Assembly (NCBI RefSeq): GCF_001194135.2
Contig: NC_068990.1
Span: forward strand, 69,302,548-69,366,547
Direction of reading: 5' to 3'
Origin: Octopus bimaculoides
Lineage: Eukaryota
DNA: 64,000 nt
The notes under the pieces were generated by a model. That model was not told the origin of the DNA, made no database searches, and saw nothing but the letters and a program-made list of their open reading frames with translations. Made by a program: the position numbers and the translations under genes. Shown one piece after another: positions 50,298 to 63,499 of this stretch (the stretch's first letter is position 1; each line of letters opens with the position of its first letter).

Positions 50298-51466
50298 CAA
50301 TGGTTCCCAACCTGGGGTCCGCGGAACCCAGGTAGTCCTGGGGGTTCGTGAACTAAATTCAAAATTTCATTTTAATATATAAAATCCGTTCTGTCTGTCT
50401 GTTTGTGCGCTTATAACTCGAGTATTGTTCATCCGATCGCGCTGAAATTTTGAACATGAATACATGAGAGAGTGGGGCGTTCCGTAATCTAAAAAGATTT
50501 TCAAAATAGTTTCAATGTGAAAATCGCTATTTTTGTAATCTTTGTGTCCTGTTTGTTCCGCCATTAAAATCAACCAGTTGCTCAAACAGCCGGCACATAC
50601 CATTTCGCTAGCAACAAGGGGAATACAGGATGACAGTCAGCCAAAACCGTTGCTATGCTGTCTCTCTTATGACGTCCAATTCCACTTGAAATTGTATATA
50701 TATTGTGTTAAGATTCGTTATCAATCAAGTATCCTTACTGAGAAGAAACAGTCACCAAACATCTCCACTACTTAATACCGTCCAAGTTAACCCTCTTCAC
50801 CTTTACACCTGACATGAAAAACTACTAAATAAGCAAAAAAAAAATTGATTACTCTTAAAACGCGTATAATTTTGAGGTTAATAATCTTAATCTTTAATTG
50901 TGTATATAATTTCACCTTTAAAGGTATTTTTTAATATGCTGGCCACTGATAAAGTTTTTTGAAAAAATGTTATCCTTATATTTGAGGTATATATATATAA
51001 AATACAAAAATGGGACAAGAACGCAAGACATCCAGACAGTTAGGTGATACAAAAAAAGGGGACAACAAAACATCCAGACAGACGATACAAAGAAAACAAG
51101 GACGGGTCATTCGGAGTTTTCTTTCCTCAATCGAGTTCCAGATTATCTTCACAATTTCGGCTGGTTATACTCGAGATTGCTCCAATCTGACCAGCCGCAA
51201 GGAAAAACTAGCACTAGATTCCTTGGAAGAAAGCAACGAATGTATACGGAAACAAGGAGGGGAAAAAAAGGAGAAATAGTATACAAATACAAATAACAGG
51301 ACATAACAGCGGATATCTTTCGACTAAGGACGAATTAAACTAAGCCGGCATGTGTGGAAGTAAAGCCTTACGGCAGGGACGATATGCATATATATATATA
51401 TATCCCTGGGAAAATTCATTTAAATAGAAGGGTTGGGAACCACTGTGGAAAGGTTGGAAATCACTG
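50298..51466. mobile_element. Non-autonomous hAT element with nested insertions
   Basis: Left TIR CAATGGTTCCCAACCT, right AGGTTGGAAATCACTG. 8-bp TSD TCTTAGGC (50290-50297) / TATTAGGC (51467-51474). An extra TIR copy lies at 51431-51445. Confidence 0.8.
50367..50611 (+). mobile_element. Possible short Helitron nested in the hAT element
   Basis: TC...ATATATAAAA start, (CTGT)n tract, CTAG end. The 3' hairpin is weak. Confidence 0.4.
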
Positions 51467-52589
51467 TATTAGGCTGTTTCTAGTTACTTTAGCTTCCAAA
51501 AATATTAGGTCTTTTTTTTTTCTTTTCGTCGGTTCAAATCACCATAATGTGGTCTTTTTGACAAAGGCTTCATTCACAACACAAGCAAGAGGAAGTGAAG
51601 CATCATGGCGTTCTCACTACACACCTAGCCATGCACTTAAGCAATCTTCTTCATTGTATCTATTAACAACTGTGATGGAAAAGAAATACTTCTTTTCTCA
51701 CTTTTTTTTATGTTGTTTATTTTGTTTTTCTTTTTATTGGCATAATGACCCTCCATAGATACAACAAAGACTGCTTAGTTATTCATTCATTCAGTACGCT
51801 CTTGAGGAAAATAACTAGCAAATTGAAACCCAACCGGGGGAAAAAAAACCTAGATCTTTTATTATTCCCTTCTGTACTGAAAAGTCTGATGTTTTGAAAA
51901 GATATAAGAATATCTTTGTAAAAGATTATTGTTTACTCCTGACTTCAATTGACACCAAGGAAAGAATATTTTCTTCATTTGATCTTTTGATTCTTCTCTA
52001 TCATCTGCGACATTTTACTTGGACAAAATTATGTTTTGTTCGATATATTGAAAATACTCAATATAGAATAATCTGTGTATGAATAATAACATATGCTAAT
52101 TCGAAATAATGTTATATACATTTCTAAATATTTTTCAGTAGTGCTGATTGAAGTTTCTCTGAGTGCTGTTCTACGTTTGTGTATACATTATAAATGATAC
52201 AGCTTTGTGTGTAGGCATAGTTATTTTCATATCTAATGCAGTTTCAAGAGCGTACATTGATTAAATATTCAGGTTATTGATATTTTTATAAAATTGATCT
52301 TTCATAACAAAATATTTAATCTCTAACGAAATTATAGACGACAGGAACTATTAAACTTTTTTTCTTTTTATCTACAATTTTCCAGTAGCTTTATAATTTT
52401 CAGGTGTCATATGTCTACACTTATGTATAGTGGTAGCTTTATTTTTTATTCAACGCTCTATCATAAATTATACCACAATAATTTTTCACATTCCGTAGTT
52501 GATGGCATAAAAGATGCATGGGCATTTTAGAGGCACCCCAATTTCGGCAATGCATATTTAGGAAAAGTAAAATATTTTTAGAGTATTAA

Positions 52590-52839
52590 CCCTTAAACAG
52601 CGGATATCATCAATTACGTTTCATAAATTTTACATGGATACGGGCTATTAGCAAACGAAAGTGAATATTTTACGGTACTCTCCGATAATGAGGTTGTAAA
52701 TTTTATTGTACGAGAAACTAACGATTGTTATAGGTTTTGTACTCATTTATAGTGAAAATAACTATTTACAAAAAGGGATTTTTGTGTTTTTGCCCGTTTG
52801 GCAAACGCATTCACGCAACCCTTTCCCGCCGTTTAAGGG
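52590..52839. mobile_element. 250-bp piggyBac-type MITE
   Basis: TIR CCCTTAAACAGCGG / CCGCCGTTTAAGGG (13/14). Flanks are TTAA and TTGA. Confidence 0.8.
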
Positions 52840-55470
52840 TTGAAGCATGTAATATAAGCCCAACTTCGCATTTAGGGCCCGGGATGATTTTTTTTCTTTT
52901 TCTTTTTTTAAAGATATTTGAAGGAGAAAAGGTTCATTTTATATGCTATGAAATACGGTAACCTTTCCTCGCATTTCTTTCAGTTTCCCATTAAGTTTGC
53001 ACTAATTGCAGTTTTATTTAAAGGACAGCAAGGTTCTGCGGTTGATCAAAGGACCAGATTTAGTACAAAGAAAGGGTTTTGACCATTTAAAACTTGCCAA
53101 GCACCTTGGTGAAGATATAAGAATTACATGAATGAAAAGCTATCTTTTGTTTTCCAACTTTTAAAAAGGTGGGGAGGGTGTTGGTTCAGCAGATTGATTA
53201 AAGCGTCGAGAAAATGCTTTGCAATATTTTATGTTTCTTTATGTTTTGAGTTCAAATTCCGCTTAGGCCAGTTTTGCCGTCCGTCTTTTCTGAGTCGGCT
53301 AAAACAATGTAGTAAGTATGGTTAATTGATTATAAAGGCGCAGGCATGGCCGTGTGGTTAAAAAGATGCAGGCAGTCCTACTGCGCAGCACCTGAGACAA
53401 GTGTATTCTACTATGGTTTTAGCCCGACCAATACCTTGTGACGGAATTTCGAGGATGGAATCTGTGTTGTGAGTTTGTGTTTGCCACTGCATTGCTGGAT
53501 TATCGGGGTTTTTTTTTATCTCCCAGTTCCATTGAACCTGAAAATTTTGGCTGTGATATTCCACTTCTTTATCTCATAATTGAATCTGCAAACATTTTTT
53601 TTTCTTGTCCATTTAGATGAAACGCTCAAGGTGTCTCGAGACCTGCATTAGATAACACCAGTCTCTATACCTCAACACTAACTTCTCCGAAAATATAAAA
53701 CTCCAGAGAATCTTTATGGTTTCCATCAATCAAACTTGCTATAAGATGAAATGTTCCCCCCAAGCTCCTGTGTATCGCTCGATTCAATTACGAAAAATAG
53801 GGTTGTTGGTAAAAGCATTCAAAGCTATTGAGAATTTTTTTCTTTTTTTTTTCGCCAATCACAAAATGTTGAAGTGATGGGATGAAAATGAGAGTTAACA
53901 TTGATCTCGCTATAAAACAAATAATGTGAGAAAGACACAGAATAATTCTGTTTATTGAATTTCTTTCTGACTTTTAGCTAGGAGAGTAAGGCATAGTCTA
54001 TTGACTGGTTACAAGAGGTCAGAAATTAATGGGAGCGATGAAGGGAGGTAACTGTCAAAGCAGAGATCTGGACTGTATGTTTGGAACAGAGTGAATTCCG
54101 CTAAAGGTACTGAAGGTATCACGTGCTGCCCACTATTTGCTCGAATAGAAGCCGCTCAAGGTGGTGCCCCAGCATGGTCGCAGTCCAATAACTGAAACAA
54201 CTAAAAAAAGATACACTTGTATTTTTGTGTTTTTATTGATTCCAGTCCCCGGTTTGTAACAATGCACCCACCAATCAACTCACCCCTTCGTGTATTCAGT
54301 TGTTTCCATTGTACATTTTTGGAAAGTTCTTTAATGTTTTTCTAATTTATAATTTTTATCTTTCGTGTTCTACTAGAACATGGCTTTTGAGACAACAGAG
54401 ATCCTCCCAATCGTCGTTCAACGTACAAGAAATAGCAGCAAAATAGTCCTCAAATCAAACTATCTTTAAAAACAGCGGAGGGTCCACATTAGACTATAAT
54501 ACCTTATATACAAAATGATGGAATTATCATTATTAGAACCCAAACCGGCGCCAAGACACAGCACCCTAGAGCAGCCCTACAATATGTTCTCTCTTTTTGC
54601 AGTCTTTCAATGTGTCCTCAACCGTCACTTTATGTTTAACACCAAATTATATAATAGGTCAAGACATCACTCGATTCCTTTGTCTCCCTTCCCACCATGT
54701 TTAATATTTGTTTTTAAAATTGTATGGGTGGGGTACAAAAAGTTGTCTTTCCCCGCTCTATCCTGTATCCTCTTTTGTTCTAAGAATGACCTCACCTACT
54801 CTGCATGTTGTAAAGTTTTTGAGATTTTTAGATTAAAAAACTTTGTCTAACTTATTCAGAATTTATATGGTACACCCATATTTGGATCTATTCAATCGTA
54901 GTCACGGATTTTTTAATAATTTTTTAAAATCTTAGTACTCGTAACATGTTGACTGGCCGATTCTGGTTATAATGACGATTATCATAATTTCGCCCAGTCA
55001 GTATGGCGGTTTTGTTTTGTTTTCTTTTTCTTCCTTCTATTATATTGCTGTGGCTTTACGTGTTCGTGTGATAAATTAGATTTTCAACACGTTTACTAAA
55101 GATTCCTACTGTAGATAAAAGGTCACACAGTTTTAAAGGAAGGAACTGTTGATTAACCAAAATAGAGTGATTTATCGCAGACTAGCTCCTTCGTAATATG
55201 AGAGGAAATCTAATATGTCGTTATCTATCGGAAATAATTATTTCGTCCAGCTAATATATAACCAGAGCGTTCACATAATCACCAGATAACACTGTAGTAC
55301 TAATAGCATCATTAATTGTATGGATTAATATAACTAAAATTTATTAGCGACTATAATGTATTATAAAGGAAATTAGAAAATATTAACAAACAAAAACGTT
55401 GATATTTCTTCAGAAGTTATTTCGTTATTGCTTAACCCTAAGTCGATCCTGATCGATCAGTCCTACGTTG

Positions 55471-55962
55471 GGGTTATTATATAGATCCACACCCGGTGGA
55501 AAAATTGAAAAAAAATAGTGTAGTAGTTGAAGTGCACCGTATATGAAATAAATATGAAGGAAAAAATGCGCGCTGGCGAACGGGGTGGGGGTGAGAGTGC
55601 TCGGAAAATTCACACAACCTGAGCACTCAATCTCAACGTCCGGTCACAGGAGTGAAACAGAAATCATCTAATACTCTAACGCTAACCCTAACCCTACGGT
55701 TAGGGTTAGGGTCAGGGTTAGGGTTAGGTTTAGGGTTAGGGTTAGGGTTAGAGTATTAGATGATTTCTGTTTCACTCCTGTGACCGGACGTTGAGATTGA
55801 GTGCTCGGGTTGTGTGAATTTTCCGAGCACTCTCACACACACCCTCCCCCCGTTCGCCAGCGCGCATTTTTTCCTTCATATTTATTTCATATACGGTGCA
55901 CTTCAACTACTACACTATTTTTTTTCAATTTTTTCCCTGGGTGTGGATCTATATAAAAATCC
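55471..55962. mobile_element. ~490-bp fold-back element with a telomeric-repeat centre
   Basis: Arms of about 205 bp are near-perfect inverted copies. The ORF track shows the same pseudo-peptide on both strands (55425-55613 and 55814-56020). Confidence 0.9.
55676..55751. repeat. Interstitial telomeric repeat: ~3.5 CCCTAA-type units followed by 9 GGTTAG-type units
   Basis: CTAACGCTAACCCTAACCCTAC-GGTTAGGGTTAGGGTCAGGGTTAGGGTTAGGTTTAGGGTTAGGGTTAGGGTTAG. Confidence 0.95.
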
Positions 55963-57238
55963 GTCCAACAACATTCCACTTGTCTGTAACTATCTCACCT
56001 TTTTGTATGTCAGGGGTTAAATTGTCCACTGTGTTTCGTTTTGTTTTAAGATGTTTGGATGATGATTTAAGGGAGGTTTAGTTGTTCTTTCTAGCAGATC
56101 GGGTAACCAAGTAGAGATTTTCTCGTTAACACGATTCTGAGATAGTTTTCTTTTTAGGTAAGCGAAATGAAAAGTCATTTCCTGTTTTCTCTTAAAACTA
56201 AATAAAAAAACATTCTTGACATACCTACACAAGTGTACCTCCTGACTTTGTTTCCTCATAACTTCCAGAAAAGAAAGTAAATATTTTTTTTATTGAAATT
56301 TTTACAAATGCGCTTCAGATAATGTAAATTCCGATTATATCGGAAGTTGTAAAAAAATTTTCCTTGCGTGGGGAGATGTGTTCCGGAGTATTTTTGTAAA
56401 ATTTTCTATAAATACCTCCTCGGAATGTACAAATTTAAGATTATATTGGAATTTAATGCGAAAAGAAAACAAAAAAACAAAAAAAAGAAAAAATGCTTGA
56501 CTGGCCATACATCACATAATCTACAAAAGAAACTTGAAATTTCGGAAAAAAAAAAAAAATGTGAGATGTCAATGAGTATGTGTGCGAGCCCACGATTTTT
56601 TTTTTTTTTTNNNNNNNNNNNNNNNNNNNNNNNNNNNNNNNNNNNNNNNNNNNNNNNNNNNNNNNNNNNNNNNNNNNNNNNNNNNNNNNNNNNNNNNNNN
56701 NNNNNNNNNNNNAAATTCCTCTCCCAACTATCGGAATAATTTTTTATATTTTTTTCTTCACAAATCCTAATATAATCAGTATCTACACTGTTTGATACGT
56801 ATTTGTAGAAAATTACATTAAAAAATTCAAATTTTTTCTAGAAGTTATAAGGAAACAAAGTAAGGTGGGGGGGGGGGACACATTTGTGTACGTATGCCAT
56901 ACTCTTGAGGTTCGTACTTTTTTCAACAAATTCATTAGGTACTCTACAAGATATAAAACAGGTTTTAATGATATTTATATGTTTTAACTAAAGTCATTCT
57001 GGCTACTTATAATTCCTTTTATTCAACGCACGCACAGTTGTTTTATTTATTTATTCTGGAGGAAGGGGCATAGTCAATGACTTTTGCAGACCCCCGGCCC
57101 AAGACCAGCGAGATTGTCATTAATATTCTGTTTAAGAAGATGCAGGTCAGTCCCCATTTGCAACAAAGACGAGAAGAGATTTCAGAGCATCGATGCTCTG
57201 AGAAAGAAGGATTTGTTACACTGATTAGTGCGAAGAGG

Positions 57239-57385
57239 CACTAGCATAGCCCGAGTGTGTGCCGCCCGGGGAGGCCCTTCTGTTTACCAGCTCCGGACCC
57301 CACAAAAAACACATATTACCCACAGCTGACCCAAAATTGCCGCCCGGGGCAGACCACTCCCCCCACCCACCTTGCTATCCAATCT
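57239..57385 (+). mobile_element. Second copy of the CACTAGC-ended MITE
   Basis: CACTAGCATAGC start, CCCACAAAAAACACATATT and GCCGCCCGGGGC shared with 14066-14209. Confidence 0.7.
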
Positions 57386-57390
57386 TTTGT

Positions 57391-57514
57391 TGACATATTT
57401 CTGATGAAATACGTGGCGAAGGTAAAGAATATGCATACCCGGTGTTTGGGGTTAGGGTTTTCGTTACGCCGAAACGGGTGGTGTGCATATACTTTACCTC
57501 TGCCGAAATATGTT
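57391..57514. repeat. Small imperfect fold-back with a GGGGTTAGGG centre
   Basis: GGCGAAGGTAAAGAATATGCATACCC pairs with GGTGTGCATATACTTTACCTCTGCC. ACATATTTC pairs with GAAATATGT further out. Confidence 0.65.
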
Positions 57515-57840
57515 GCCTTTGTTTCAATTAATTTTGAAAATAATGAAAAATTTAGGACTGTCAAGTTGATGCTTGTAACAATGTGTAATTTTGATAGGTT
57601 TAAATTTAGATACATAAACACGAACATAAAATAGTACATTACATGCATACACACATACGTGTGTATATACATATATACTACATACACTGAGAATGTAGCA
57701 ATTACATTTACAAAAACAGTTTTTTTCTGTTTGTAAATCGACAAACAGGAGGGTAGATATTCCAGTATCAATTCAATTTTGCTTTCTGTGCCGAATTGAC
57801 ACTTAAAGCTCATCAGCTAGACTTACTTCTTAAATATCTT

Positions 57841-58091
57841 TAAAAATATATTTACCTTTCCGTGCGCGTTTTTTCAGCTGAAGGCCCCGCGACTTCCAAA
57901 CGAATATTAGTGAGCAAATATAAATTCGAAATGGATATGTTTGTTAAGCCACTTTATCATAGTTTTTTTTTTTTTTTAAGATAATGATAACTTCTTTGAA
58001 TTTTGAATTCATATTTGCTCACTAATGTTCGTTTGGAAGTTGCGGGTCCTTTAGCTGAACAAACGCGCACGGAAAGATAAATATATTTTTA
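57841..58091. mobile_element. ~250-bp MITE with 87-bp TIRs
   Basis: 57841-57927 versus 58005-58091 about 80/87 complementary. TA at both ends. Confidence 0.85.
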
Positions 58092-59404
58092 TATATACTA
58101 CATGTATACATACGTACTCACATATAAACATACGTACGTACGTTCATACATACGTTCTTATGTACGAACGTATACATACAGCCGATATAAAGATCATCTG
58201 TTTCTTTTAGCAAACGTACGCTCACACTCATATATGCACACTCAAAAACACACAAACGCATATACATGTATAATCAAACACAATACCATACACATGCAGA
58301 CACGTATAAATAATCAAATACAACGCCACACGCATTTCAAACACACACACAGTGACGTTTGCGCTTACCCAAGTAAATGAGTAACCTGACATAATGCCAC
58401 ACACACACACACATATATATACACACACATATACATATAGACACGCATTTTCTCAATTGCAACGCCACATGCATACTCAAACACACATGTACTCACAAAT
58501 ACCTCACTTTTACTCAAACGTTTATTCAAACACGTCCACACGCACACTCTAAACAACTGGGCGCGTATACACTCTCACACATAAACAAATGACGTCTGCT
58601 TCTCCCCAGCAACATAACTGAAAGCAACATAAAAGAAAGCCGTGTCTGCTGTAGAAATATCAAACGGCGATTCTGATCAGTTTTTCACTTTCTTGGCTAC
58701 AAAATGAAGAGATACCCAGTAAAATCGCTTTTCCAATATTTCTCAGCCAAAACATTTTTTGTTCTTCTTTTGTATGATTTCATCGTCTGGTGGTCGAAAT
58801 TCCACGAGGTTTGTTCTCTGTCCAAAAATGTCCATTTTATTGTTCTCTCTGCTGCCATTTTACTCTCCCTCTCTCTCTCTCTCTTGCTTGGCTTCTGTCG
58901 ATTTTATATTTAACTTTCTGCTTGATTTTCTATTATTTTTCTTTCTGTATACCTGTCTTTATTCTGTTTTTACTTTATTTTGAATTTTTTCTTCCTGTTT
59001 AATTATTTGTCTATATACTTTAGTCTCTGCCTTATTTGACTTTCTGTCCATTTATCTTTCACTTGTCTCTGTGGAGATATATGTTATTTGCTTATCTCGT
59101 TTTTATTTGTTTGTGTTCATTAGTCTTATCTCTATCCTCTCTCTCTNNNNNNNNNNNNNNNNNNNNNNNNNNNNNNNNNNNNNNNNNNNNNNNNNNNNNN
59201 NNNNNNNNNNNNNNNNNNNNNNNNNNNNNNNNNNNNNNNNNNNNNNNNNNNNNNNNNNNNNNNNNNNNNNNNNNNNNNNNNNNNNNNNNNNNNNNNNNNN
59301 NNTGTCCAGTTGCTCCTACATACCACAGGAATCTTTTAACTTTTACGTGTTTCAGTCATTGAACTGTGGCGATGCTGGTGCACTGCCTTGAAGGGTTTAT
59401 ATTG

Positions 59405-59634
59405 CTGACAATGGTGACAAGTTGACAGAATCGTTTGCCCGCCAGGCGAAATGCTTATGTGTCCTGTCCGTCTTTGTGTATCGAGCTCAAATGTCACTGA
59501 GGTCGACTTTGCCTTTCATCCTTTAGAGGTTGTTGAAATAAGTACAAGTTATGCACTGGATCAAATGAAACCAACTATCCTCCCTCCCTCAAAATGCAGG
59601 CCTTGTGCCTATAGTAGAAAGGATTATTATTATT
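59405..59634 (+). mobile_element. Family A SINE
   Basis: GAGGTCGACTTTGCCTTTCATCC core and ATTATT tail. Confidence 0.75.
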
Positions 59635-59635
59635 A

Positions 59636-60870
59636 GAGCCATTCAACATCATGCACTCGGTCCGGCAAGGTTGTCCCCTCTTGTCTCTCTTGTCTGTACT
59701 GACTCTCAAGCCACTACTACACAAACTGGAGGTATTGAGAAGCATCCTGCATGACCCAGAATGTGGGAGATGTGTGTCGGCATATACCAACAACATCACC
59801 TTTGTGGTGTCAGATCATATATAAACACATAGAAATGATCAGAACTACTCTTAGAGACTATGGGGCGGTTTCAGGAACGACAATTAACCAAAAAAAATCA
59901 GCAGACTTGTGGTTCAACACCTGGAGAAACAAATCCATGCTGTCCAACTGCATCGTTGGGCGCTGGATGGACGGACTGGTTAAATTGCTCGGGGTCTAGT
60001 TCAGTCTGGACCTATAGATGGACAAAAACTGAAACGAGGTAATGAGAAGGGTGAGTGATGGTCAGGCGGTCCATCTGCTGTCAACACCAGCTGCGTGGTG
60101 GCCTGGGTGTGCTGTGGTTGATGATGCACAGACATGCGCTGAGGCTGTGACATCTCCTGTGCTTCGTTGATGGTGAACAGGTGTAGTCACTGTTTGCCAG
60201 ACACATATTTCCACAGCTAGTTTCTTTAATGGAGCTGCAGTCCTGGGTAAAACAGACCGAAGGAGAACATTTGGAATGTGGAATGTCTTGAAGCACTCAC
60301 AGCCCTCAGCCAATCGGGCAGTGCGATAGGTGGAACATCCACTTTAGCTTTTTATAGATGATTAGTGGAGGAAAATCGCAATAACATTCTTGGTGAGACT
60401 TTGGGTGTCAAAGATCAGTTAACCACTCTCTTCTTGAGAGCTTTTGACCCAGAACCAATGGATGATTTCCAAAAATCTCTGGCAGTGCTACCAGGGAGCT
60501 TTGCCTATTCGAGATAAACTTTACAGGCACAGAAGTGCCTTCAGCCGAGCATGTCCGAGATGCACACAGGACAATGAGATGGTCCTGCATGCACTCGTCC
60601 AGTGCCCAAGCATTGCCAACCTGTGGGTTTATATCGACACTTGCTGTCATGTGTGCGTCGGATCCGGCTGTCAACTGAATCCATCGTGAAGGCTGTGTTT
60701 ATGTGCCTAGTGGCCAAGGTGAAGGAGGTTGTATGGTGGACAAAATTGAAGGGACTGAAAATGAACACCTTTCTCTTTGGCCAATCACTGATGAATTTCT
60801 TCAAGTTTTACTTGAAAAGGAAAATAAGGGTAGAGAGGGAAGTATTGTCTTCTAGCCAGTTTGCTATAAG
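59636..60870 (+). mobile_element. L1/Tx1-clade LINE ORF2 fragment (RT domains plus C-terminal CCHC), decayed
   Basis: HSVRQGCPLSPLL, degenerate YADD region (SAYTNNIT), INQKKS, GLGVLWLMMHRHALRL, ALPIRDKL...CPRCTQDNEMVLHALVQCP, VVWWT. Many stops. Confidence 0.85.
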
Positions 60871-63499
60871 AATTTCTAGTTGCACAAAATTTATTTCAGT
60901 GAATTTCATCTCAACTGTTTTGTGCTTCAATGTCAGCTTTGGTGTGGTTTCTATGGCTGGGTGTAGACACAGTAACTAGTGAGGTCACCAAATACCTTAT
61001 GAGACAGGAAAAATATTTGAGAGATGGTAGATTTCTTTATGCCAGGTGTTGAACACCTGAAGTATGATAGAGGGACAAGAACAGGTGCCTTGCTAATGGG
61101 AAATGGGAGGAAAGAAGATAAATGGAAATTTAAGAGGTATGTATAATATACTTCTAACTGGAAAGTATATCTATGTGTATTGCATCTGCCTACACACATA
61201 CAAACATATTATGTATATACATATATATGTAAAGAGAGAGAGAAAATAGATAGATATGCATACATCTGTATACAAACTTCTTTGTGCATGTGTATAAATT
61301 AATGTGTGAATGTATACATAAATATGCATTAGTGTGTGTACGTGTGTCTAGATATGTAGAGGAGAAAAATGAGAGTATGGCTGGGCGATAAAAAGCATCA
61401 CCTAATATATACAAGATGCAGGTTTGCGCTGATAATGGACTTGTGAATGACTCCCACTGGGTGAAAACTATGGTATAAACTGGCAGTGTAAGGTGATTGT
61501 AGCAGAGAGAAAACAAGAAAGACATGAGAAGTGGTCAGATCAGTTTTTAGTTTAAGAGCCTCACAAAGCTTTTTGTACTTCAGCAAATGTAAAATTTGCT
61601 ATTCTAATATGAGAGCAACCAGCTCTTTGTGGCCATGAACAATGTCTTAGTATATACATAGCTGATGAAGTGCATTAATGTAAAAAAGCATGTGTCCTAC
61701 AGTTTGTTGATATCAATCATGGCATAGTGGTCTTTTTACACCCATATTATGTGTAAGGAGAATTTCTTCTCTAGAGATAACTTGTAGCATAATGTTTTTT
61801 CTTGTCCTAATGTACAAAGGACATGATAAAAATGACTGTACATCACCACAGATTTTATATCTTATATTTCTTCTTTATTCTTCTGATATTCTCTTGGTTA
61901 AGAACCAACAGTTGCATCTATTTATCCCTATATCTTTGTCTGATGGCTTTTAGCCAATGTAATCCATGTTGATATTTCCCTACATCACTTGTTAAAAATG
62001 TTCTCTCTCAGCTATGTTTGATGAAATTCTCTTTGGGGCTTCATGAAAATAGATATTTCGCTAGCTTGGTAATTGTCTTTGTAGGGTATCTTTACAACAT
62101 TACATTCACGGTTACTTTCTCTATCAACTTAGCTTAACACTTATAATTATCACACCCAGCACTACCCACCTCTTATCTACCTCTCCTACAAATAGTACAC
62201 CTACGTACCCCACCCTCCTGGTACCAGAGTAATCCACCTACCTTTCCCTAAACCTTTTACTCATGTTTCCTGTTGTTATAATTACTGATGCACCTCTCCA
62301 TCATAGTTCCTGCATGCGGCATTCATCACTACCTATCTTCTAATATTTCTAATACTTCCTCCTTATCTTTACCTCTTATTGGACTTAATTAATCTCAACA
62401 TAGCAAACAATATACCTGAGAAAGAAACAGAAGCCATAAAATAAAACAAAAATAGACAGTCAGGGAGTGTACACACCACTCCTATTATACACAACAGAGA
62501 AACAGAACATGTGCTAGCTTTATTAACTAACAGAGCTGTAGTTTAGAGTCTGCTGCATTGCATAGAGGTTTTTGCTAAGATTTTTACAGCTGCTTATTCT
62601 TTTCTATTTATTACCATACAGTATGACAGAAGGTTGGGTGTGTTCATCAGGGTACCATTACTAGGGAAACCGTCTGCCCTACCCTTTCCAGACATCTGAG
62701 ATATATATTATCATTTATAGATTTCTTTGACTATGATGTAAAAATGTTCATATCTTGTGATCAGAGATAGGAAGGTGAGAAACTTGAGTGAAAAGAAGAG
62801 AGAGAAGGATAAAGCAAAACAGTGGGATAGGTTTTCATCCTGAGAAATAACTCAAGCTCATGTCAAATTACATTATAGTAAATACTGAAATCTGACCTAG
62901 GTGGCTAATTTATTTAAATGTAGGCAAAATACACTTGAGCTCTACGAATATTTAAACATCAGACCCCGAAATGAAGACTGGTAAATCAACCACATTATGA
63001 GAGAGAGGAGAAGAAGAAAGGAATCATATAAATAAATAAGAGATAAGGCAGAGTAGAGATAACCTGTATCTGTGTGTATGTCGTGCACAAACACACACAC
63101 TCTCTCTCTCTCTCTCCCTAGTAATTGTTAGATAGGCTTGAAAATTTACATCCCAGAGCCATATGAAAATATAAAAAACAAAAACCTTGATTCACGTAAA
63201 CAACTACAAAATAAACAAACATACAGAAATATTCATTCACCTAGTACTACTTAACAATCTAACACAAAATATGCCCCACCCCATCCTGGCCTTCCTAACA
63301 TTCACTCTAATGGTTACAGATGTAATCAGCTTGCTGTTTTCCTTAACATATAAAAATTAAGACCTACTTCTCCCTTTCTCTATCTCTCTCTCTCTCTCTC
63401 CCCTTATCTCTCTCCCTCTCTCTCTCCACCAACCTATGTGCTATCATGTACAACTCCACAACAAACTAGCAAATAAGAATTTTCAGTCATGTAGGCGTG

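Noticed and set aside
51585-51630. GGAAGTG plus CATCATGGCG promoter/start-like motif
   Set aside because: The ORF stops after 7 codons, there is no donor site and no CpG-rich context. Short motifs occur by chance.
55676-55751. Ancestral telomere-telomere fusion site
   Set aside because: A fusion reads (TTAGGG)n then (CCCTAA)n. The order here is opposite.
57394-57433. Hammerhead-like CATATTT-CUGAUGA...GAA...GAATATG
   Set aside because: No stem II and no A15.1-U16.1/NUH arrangement. The pairing is explained by the fold-back.
4887-59391. Long ORFs in the supplied track (150-570 aa)
   Set aside because: They are long only because they run through N-gaps. The real residues are microsatellite translations or the transposon fragments listed above.
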